The notes beneath the pieces were generated by a model. It saw nothing but the letters and a program-made list of their open reading frames with translations. It was not told where the DNA came from and did not search any database. From contig JAWODC010000067.1 in assembly GCA_046483495.1 (NCBI GenBank), positions 128,528 to 192,527 of the forward strand: a DNA stretch of 64,000 nt, written 5' to 3'. Shown one piece after another: positions 58,375-64,000 of this stretch. How positions within the stretch are numbered: position 1 is the first letter of the stretch; every line of letters begins with the position of its first letter. The stretch comes from Desulfobacterales bacterium (lineage in GTDB: Bacteria > Desulfobacterota > Desulfobacteria > Desulfobacterales > UBA5616). A program made the translations under genes and the position numbers.

Positions 58375-58845
58375 ATGAAAATTGCCGAAAAATCCATTGT
58401 TTTTCTTGCCACCGGCGGCTATATCGGCCTTATCCCCATGGCTCCCGGAACCTTCGGCTCGATATTGGGACTGCCGCTTTCGTATTTGATTTCACAGATA
58501 AACCTGTGGTATGGTATCCTATTTATGTCGATTGCTTTCGTTTCAGCGGTATTCATATCCAATGAGGCGGAAAAATACATGGAGGTAAAAGACCCGGGGA
58601 GCGTCATCATCGATGAGGTCATCGGGTTGATGGCGGCGCTTTGGGGGTTGCCGTTCAATGCCTATACAGCATTGACTGGATTTATCCTTTTCCGATTTTT
58701 TGATATTGCAAAGCCGTTTCCCATAAAGCGCATCGAAATGAAGCTGACCGGCGGATGGGGCATCACCCTGGATGATGTGCTGGCCGGGTTTTATGCGAAT
58801 CTTGTGCTCAGAGTGGGGTTATGGGCGATAGGCAATGGGCCATAG
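58375..58845 (+). CDS. pgpA: phosphatidylglycerophosphatase A
   Basis: FLATGGYIGLIPMAPGTFGS...IDEVIG...FRFFDIAKPFPI motifs. The last 8 codons are built from the heptamer repeat array. Confidence 0.85.
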   Translation: MKIAEKSIVFLATGGYIGLIPMAPGTFGSILGLPLSYLISQINLWYGILFMSIAFVSAVFISNEAEKYMEVKDPGSVIIDEVIGLMAALWGLPFNAYTALTGFILFRFFDIAKPFPIKRIEMKLTGGWGITLDDVLAGFYANLVLRVGLWAIGNGP

Positions 58846-58918
58846 GTGATGGGTGATAGGTTATAGGTTATGGGCAATAGGCCATAGCCTTTAACCCATA
58901 ACCTATAACCCATAACCT
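58821..58918. repeat. heptanucleotide tandem array: ATRGGNN x10, then in the same 7-nt phase its complement (A/T)TAACCY x4
   Basis: Read directly: atgggcg ataggca atgggcc ataggtg atgggtg ataggtt ataggtt atgggca ataggcc atagcct | ttaaccc ataacct ataaccc ataacct. A perfect 16-bp stem forms between 58859..58874 and 58895..58910. Confidence 0.85.
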
Positions 58919-59001
58919 TATAAATAAACCAAACAACCGGCCAAGAGCTGATAGTATAAGCAAATTAAATCGTTGGTATAGCCAATAGGAAACCATTCCG
59001 A

Positions 59002-59646
59002 TTGAAAAAAGACAAAAAGAAAGAAACCGGTGAAGCGTCCTCCTCGAAAGGCGCACTGCGTGAAAACATAGAAGCCATTATCATCGCGGTCATTATCGCG
59101 CTGTTTATTCGAACTTTTGTTGTTCAAGCGTTTAAAATACCATCCGGTTCCATGAAGCAGACCCTTCTGATCGGGGATCACATCCTGGTAAATAAATTCA
59201 TATACGGCGTTAAACTCCCCTTTAACAACATGACCGTCATCCCCGGCAAGGCGCCGCAGCGAGGAGATGTGGTGGTTTTTCAGTTCCCCGAGGATAAGCA
59301 AAAGGATTTTATCAAACGGGTTATCGGCACGCCCGGTGATGTCATCGAGATCAGGGACAAGGTCGTTTACGTCAACGGCAAACGGCTGAATCACGACTTC
59401 GGCATCCATTCCGACCCGCACGTTTTCCCGGCCGGCATGCAGCCGAGGGACAATTTCGGTCCGGTGAAAGTGCCGGACAACGCCCTCTTCGTTATGGGGG
59501 ACAACCGGGACCAGAGCTATGACAGCCGGTTCTGGGGCTTTGTGGATATGGATGCCGTTAAGGGGGAAGCATTCATCATCTATTGGTCGTGGGACAGTAA
59601 AGATTTTGGGGTGAGGTGGAGCCGTCTCGGAGACCTGATCCGGTAG
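59002..59646 (+). CDS. lepB: signal peptidase I
   Basis: IPSGSMKQTL (catalytic Ser), KRVIGTPGD (Lys) and GDNRDQSYDSRFWG boxes. TTG start. Confidence 0.9.
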   Translation: MKKDKKKETGEASSSKGALRENIEAIIIAVIIALFIRTFVVQAFKIPSGSMKQTLLIGDHILVNKFIYGVKLPFNNMTVIPGKAPQRGDVVVFQFPEDKQKDFIKRVIGTPGDVIEIRDKVVYVNGKRLNHDFGIHSDPHVFPAGMQPRDNFGPVKVPDNALFVMGDNRDQSYDSRFWGFVDMDAVKGEAFIIYWSWDSKDFGVRWSRLGDLIR

Positions 59647-59715
59647 AATACGTTCGAAAAAACGGCATGTTTTTGCATCGAGCGGTTCTGAAAACGTTTC
59701 AGTAAAAAACAACGG

Positions 59716-59745
59716 CCCGTGCTTTCAGGAGGCTCGGGTTTTGTT
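59716..59745 (+). terminator. terminator-like hairpin plus T-run (lepB terminator or pyrB leader attenuator)
   Basis: CCCGTGC-loop-GCTCGGG (6 bp plus 1 mismatch) followed by TTTTGTT. It lies 70 nt after lepB and about 90 nt before pyrB. Confidence 0.4.
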
Positions 59746-59833
59746 CCGGCCTGGAAAATGGTTTTGCCGGGGTTGATATACGCTCGATACCCGTTCTTAA
59801 GCAGCCGCTCTAACCCGCAACACCGATGGCGCT

Positions 59834-60772
59834 ATGGAGCTGACTAAAAAAGACATTTTAGATGTGGATTTTCTGAGCAGGGAAGAGATCGACCTGATCC
59901 TCGATACGGCGGACCGGATGAAGGAGATATCAACCCGTCCCATTAAAAAGGTGCCCACGCTCAGGGGAAAAACCGTCGTGCTTTTCTTCTACGAGCCCAG
60001 CACCCGAACCCGTATGTCCTTCGATATTGCGGCAAAACGGCTGAGCGCGGACTGCCATTCGATTTCCGCTTCCGGCAGCAGCCTTGAAAAGGGTGAGACG
60101 CTGATCGATACGGCCGAAAATCTGCAGGCCATGAAACCCGATGTTCTCGTAATCCGGCACTCGGCTGCCGGTGCGCCGTACCTGCTTGCCGAACGGCTGC
60201 CGTGCGCCGTAATCAATGCCGGAGACGGCATGCACGCCCATCCCACCCAGGCGCTTCTCGATTTGATGACCGTCCGTGAGAAGAAGGGAAAGCTGCAGGG
60301 AAAGCGGATCGCCATTCTTGGCGACATCGCGCACAGCCGTGTGGCCCGGTCCAACTGCATCGGATTTACAAAAATGGGAGCCGAGGTGGTGCTTGCCGGT
60401 CCCCAAACCTTGATCCCCAAGGGAATCGAAACATTGGGGGTCACCGTTGCCGGTGATGTGGACGAGGCGGTCACGAACGCGGATGTTATCATGGTGCTGC
60501 GCATGCAGAAGGAGCGGCAGAAAGGGTTTTTCTTTTCGTCGGAGCGTGAATATGCAAAATCCTACGGCTTGAACGTTGCGCGCGTGGATCGCGCCAAAGA
60601 GGGGGTGCTGATCATGCATCCCGGACCCATGAACCGGGGCGTTGAAATTGCGCCCGAGGTGGCGGACGGTCCGTATTCCGTAATTCTCGATCAGGTGTTC
60701 AACGGTGTTGCGGTTCGGATGGCCCTGCTTTACTTGACGGCTGGAGGGGCGCGAAATGTTGACGCTGATTAA
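59834..60772 (+). CDS. pyrB: aspartate carbamoyltransferase catalytic subunit
   Basis: [21 protein letters not shown] and HPGPMNRG motifs. Confidence 0.95.
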   Translation: MELTKKDILDVDFLSREEIDLILDTADRMKEISTRPIKKVPTLRGKTVVLFFYEPSTRTRMSFDIAAKRLSADCHSISASGSSLEKGETLIDTAENLQAMKPDVLVIRHSAAGAPYLLAERLPCAVINAGDGMHAHPTQALLDLMTVREKKGKLQGKRIAILGDIAHSRVARSNCIGFTKMGAEVVLAGPQTLIPKGIETLGVTVAGDVDEAVTNADVIMVLRMQKERQKGFFFSSEREYAKSYGLNVARVDRAKEGVLIMHPGPMNRGVEIAPEVADGPYSVILDQVFNGVAVRMALLYLTAGGARNVDAD

Positions 60773-62057
60773 AAGCGCAAGGATATTGGATCCCGGCAAT
60801 AGTGACGGAACGGGAAACATTCTGATTCAAGACGGAAGATTCCAGGAAATCCGCCTGTATGAAGGCGACAGCCCGCCTGAGGAATTCGAGGGAAGTGTCG
60901 ATCGTACGATCGATGCCGCCGGTCGGCTGCTCGTCCCCGGACTCATCGATATGCACGTTCATCTTCGGGAGCCCGGCCACGAATACAAGGAAACGATTCG
61001 CACGGGCTGCATGGCGGCGGCCCACGGCGGATTCACCACGGTCTGCTGCATGCCGAACACCTCACCGGTAAACGACAACGCGCAGGTGACCGAGTATATC
61101 GGCAGACAGTCGGCCTTGGCGGATTCGGTGCGGGTTCTGCCCGTCGGGGCGGTGAGCCTGGGGCTTTCAGGTGACCGGTTGAGCGAATACGGCGATTTGA
61201 AAAGCGCCGGCGCCGTGGCACTGTCCGATGACGGCAACCCGGTCGCCAACAGCCTGCTCATGCGAAGGGCTATGGAGTATGCCGCCGGTTTCGGGCTGTT
61301 TGTCATCTCTCATTGCGAAGATCCCGCCCTGGCGGGAAACGGGGTGATGAACGAGGGGGAAACAGCGACCCGCATGGGGCTTGCCGGCATCGCCAATGCG
61401 GTCGAAACCATCATGGTGATGCGGGATATCGCCCTTTGTGAATTCACGGGGATTCCCGTCCACATCGCCCACGTGAGCGCCAAAGAATCGGTGCAGGCCA
61501 TACGGGATGCCAAAAAAAGAGGCGTACTGATCACCGCCGAAACCGCTCCCCACTATTTTACGTTAACGGAAGAGGCGGTGGCGGGGTACAACACCCATGC
61601 CAAGATGAATCCCCCATTGAGGACCGAACAGGACCGGCTCGCCATTATCGACGGCCTGGCGGACGGCACGCTGGACGTAATCGCCACGGATCATGCCCCG
61701 CATTCCAGTGTGGAAAAGGAACTGGAATTCGAGAAGGCGGCAAACGGCATCATCGGCCTGGAAACGTCCCTGGCCCTGGGTTTGAATCTCGTTCAAAACA
61801 ATCAAGTTGCCCTGCCGGTTCTTATCGAAAAGATGTCAAAAAATCCGGCCCGGATTCTCGGGATCGACAACAGCATCACCGTGGGCAACCGGGCGGATTT
61901 GACGCTGATCGATTTGGAAGCCGCCTGGAGGGTCGATGCGTCGACATTCAAATCGAAAAGCCGGAACACTCCGTTTGACGGTTGGAAGGTGAAAGGCAAA
62001 GCTGTGATGACGATGGTTGGGGGTAGGGTGGTTTATGAGGAAATGGGTGAGGGATGA
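60756..62057 (+). CDS. pyrC: dihydroorotase
   Basis: [10 protein letters not shown] metal-binding motif and ATDHAPH, in a 433-aa class I DHOase. Overlaps the pyrB end. Confidence 0.95.
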   Translation: MLTLIKSARILDPGNSDGTGNILIQDGRFQEIRLYEGDSPPEEFEGSVDRTIDAAGRLLVPGLIDMHVHLREPGHEYKETIRTGCMAAAHGGFTTVCCMPNTSPVNDNAQVTEYIGRQSALADSVRVLPVGAVSLGLSGDRLSEYGDLKSAGAVALSDDGNPVANSLLMRRAMEYAAGFGLFVISHCEDPALAGNGVMNEGETATRMGLAGIANAVETIMVMRDIALCEFTGIPVHIAHVSAKESVQAIRDAKKRGVLITAETAPHYFTLTEEAVAGYNTHAKMNPPLRTEQDRLAIIDGLADGTLDVIATDHAPHSSVEKELEFEKAANGIIGLETSLALGLNLVQNNQVALPVLIEKMSKNPARILGIDNSITVGNRADLTLIDLEAAWRVDASTFKSKSRNTPFDGWKVKGKAVMTMVGGRVVYEEMGEG

Positions 62058-62349
62058 GGGGATTTAGTGGTTAGGTGATTAGGTGATTAAGTGGAGGCGT
62101 GAGTGCTGAATAGGTTGAAGTCAGCGGAACGCTTGGGTGGGTCATCGTGCGATCCCCACATCCCGGTCTTCTTCCTGATGGAAGGGAGATATTGTGGCCG
62201 GAGCGGAATGGACATATAGCGACAATTGTTCATTGTTCCACTTCCAGGATTTTCATCTATGCAAACGGTTGATTTGCGCTGCTTGCATAGGAGAAATAGA
62301 TGTGTGAAAAATATAGGTATAAAGATTAACAGAATGACTGCGCAACATG

Positions 62350-62393
62350 TCCCCTTCCCTCCTGGAGGGGGAAGGGCCGGGATGGGGGGGATA
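62350..62393 (+). repeat. third copy of the GC-rich palindromic repeat seen at 41384/41786
   Basis: GTCCCCTTCCCTCCTGGAGGGGGAAGGGCCGGGATGGGGGGGAT differs from 41786..41828 at a few positions and has one extra G. Same orientation as the 41786 copy. Confidence 0.8.
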
Positions 62394-62473
62394 AACAGGA
62401 CTTCATCCACATTAGTAACCCATAACCCAGACTTTAACCCATATATATCTACTCCATTAACCTGCATTTCACT

Positions 62474-63880
62474 ATGGCCGAGAATACCAATATCCTAGTT
62501 ATTGACGACGAACTGAGCATGCGGGAGCTCTTGGAGTTCATTCTTTCGCGTGAAGGCTACCAGGTGGCTTTAGCCGACAGCGGCAAAAGCGCGGTCAAAG
62601 CCCTCGAGAAGAACACTTATGATTTGCTGCTGTGCGACATCAAATTAGGCGACATCACCGGCTTGGATGTCCTGCGGGCCTCCAAGAAAAAGAATAAGCA
62701 CGCACCGGTGATCATGATTTCCGCCTATGCGTCCACGGAGACGGCCGTGGAGGCGATGAATGAAGGCGCCTATGACTATGTGCCCAAGCCGTTCGACAAT
62801 GAAGAGCTGAAGCAGACCATCAAAAAAGCGCTGGCGCTGAAGACGATCGAACATGAAAGGGAAGTTACCGAAGGGGAGCTGAAAAAAAACATTCATTTCG
62901 GCGGCATCGTGGGGTCCAGCCCCCAGATGAAACATATTTTCGATCTGATCCGGCAGGTGTCGCAGACCCGAACCAATATCCTGATTACCGGCGAAAGCGG
63001 CACCGGCAAGGAACTGATCGCGCGGGCCATCCACGACCAGAGCGAGCGAAAAAAGCACTCCTTCGTCACCATCAACTGCGGCGGAATCCCGGAAAACCTC
63101 TTGGAAAGCGAATTTTTCGGCCATAAAAAAGGGGCCTTTACCGGTGCGACCATGGACAAGAAGGGATTGTTCGAGGCCGCGGACAAGGGGACCCTGTTTC
63201 TGGATGAAATCGGGGAGCTCAGCCCCCCCATTCAGGTCAAACTGCTGCGGGCCGTGCAGGAAAGGACGTTCAAACCCGTGGGCGGCAATGAAGACGTCGC
63301 CGTGGATATTCGGATCATTTCGGCCACCAACAAAAACCTGGAGCAGGAGGTGATCGACGGAAATTTCCGGGAGGACCTGTTCTATCGGCTTAATGTTATC
63401 GAGATCAAGGTGCCGCCGCTGCGGGAGAGAAAGGCGGACATCCGGGCCCTCGCCCGCCACTTCCTGGAAAAGTATTCGAGGGAAATGGGCAAGGAGATTT
63501 CCAAGATTTCGTCCTATGCCATCGACATGCTTCAAAAATACGACTTTCCCGGAAATGTCCGGGAGCTGGAAAACCTCATGGAGCGCAGTGTGGCCCTGTC
63601 CAGCACCAACATTCTCCTGCCGGACAGCCTGGCCCTTTCCATTCACAAGCGCCGGTGGATCGAGGGGGTGAAGAACCAGCGCTTCGACCTCGATGATGTG
63701 GCAAAAGGGGTCTCACTCGAGGATATCCTCGAGCAGATCGAACGGGCCTACCTCGAAAAGGCCATGGAATTCGCCGGGGGCAACAAGAAGAAGGCTGCCG
63801 AACTTCTGGGTATTCGGTACCGTTCCCTTTGGCATCGGATCGATAAGATGGGGTTGAGTTTCGAGGATGGAGGGGCGTAA
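62474..63880 (+). CDS. sigma-54-dependent response regulator (NtrC/AtoC family)
   Basis: Receiver domain (ILVIDDE...DLLLCDIKLGD), AAA+ Walker A GESGTGKE, the GAFTGA sigma-54 contact loop, and a C-terminal Fis-type HTH (GNKKKAAELLGI). Confidence 0.9.
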   Translation: MAENTNILVIDDELSMRELLEFILSREGYQVALADSGKSAVKALEKNTYDLLLCDIKLGDITGLDVLRASKKKNKHAPVIMISAYASTETAVEAMNEGAYDYVPKPFDNEELKQTIKKALALKTIEHEREVTEGELKKNIHFGGIVGSSPQMKHIFDLIRQVSQTRTNILITGESGTGKELIARAIHDQSERKKHSFVTINCGGIPENLLESEFFGHKKGAFTGATMDKKGLFEAADKGTLFLDEIGELSPPIQVKLLRAVQERTFKPVGGNEDVAVDIRIISATNKNLEQEVIDGNFREDLFYRLNVIEIKVPPLRERKADIRALARHFLEKYSREMGKEISKISSYAIDMLQKYDFPGNVRELENLMERSVALSSTNILLPDSLALSIHKRRWIEGVKNQRFDLDDVAKGVSLEDILEQIERAYLEKAMEFAGGNKKKAAELLGIRYRSLWHRIDKMGLSFEDGGA

Positions 63881-64000
63881 TCGAGCTTCCATGTGGCACC
63901 GCGGATTGGATCATCCGCCGGCGCCGCCCGAACTCGCCGAAAAGGCCCCCTAACCGGAGCGCCTGCCCGGGCTTCGATCGCGTATTCGGAAATTCTACAA

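Noticed and set aside
58342-58377. Possible leaderless pgpA mRNA. A TTGACA lies about 30 nt upstream of the ATG, and CACCTCC (anti-SD sense) sits where an RBS would be.
   Set aside because: No acceptable -10 hexamer lies at 16-18 nt spacing from the TTGACA. The evidence is insufficient to call a promoter or leaderless start.
62087-62467. 126-aa minus-strand ORF filling the pyrC/regulator spacer.
   Set aside because: It is composed of repeat sequences (including PPPGGKG from the GC-rich palindrome), has no RBS and no recognisable domain, and begins inside a heptamer motif.

Overview
The window is gene-dense and reads as core chromosome of an anaerobic, Desulfobacterales-like deltaproteobacterium. 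That assignment is an inference from gene content only: 2-oxoacid:ferredoxin oxidoreductase, selC, FeoAB, sigma-54 regulators and LarC. I can support about 60 CDS, 3 tRNAs (Gly-GCC, Cys-GCA, Sec-TCA) and a few promoters and terminators.

Recognisable blocks:
- korABC-hemW.
- A long minus-strand operon: purB / yajC-secD-secF-dprA-topA-ACD alpha-antiporter.
- rng, then leuS-lptE, then rpsT divergent from murJ-ftsB.
- coaBC-udg-nfeD-SPFH.
- xerC-hslVU.
- argB-argD-argF-argG-argH-(lptM-like)-dapF-folK-tal-pgsA.
- cinA and rlmD.
- A Fur/FeoA fusion followed by feoA-feoB.
- A PAS hybrid histidine kinase.
- M20 peptidase-larC-pgpA-lepB-pyrB-pyrC, then an NtrC-type regulator.

I did not find a convincing new multi-gene protein system. 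The signals the gene map does not explain are mostly non-coding:
1. A 142-bp structured repeat with two same-orientation copies in gene leaders (34107 and 47805).
2. About 900 bp of repeats after the tRNA-Gly/tRNA-Cys pair. It holds a perfect 43-bp inverted repeat bounding a 445-bp ORF-less element, with a third repeat copy at 62350, and a 214-bp long hairpin.
3. A phase-preserving heptanucleotide array (ATRGGNN x10 followed by its complement x4) at the pgpA 3' end, with related motifs bracketing the pyrC/regulator spacer.
4. A selC-adjacent remnant: an orphan VapB-type antitoxin directly behind an intrinsic terminator, with no toxin gene.

Protein-level oddities:
- A Fur-FeoA fusion regulator at the head of feoAB.
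- A 54-aa LptM/YifL-like lipoprotein gene that the 60-aa ORF track misses.
- A DUF5658/DUF1329 pair next to the repeat region.

All family calls come from motif recognition by eye. No database search was run.
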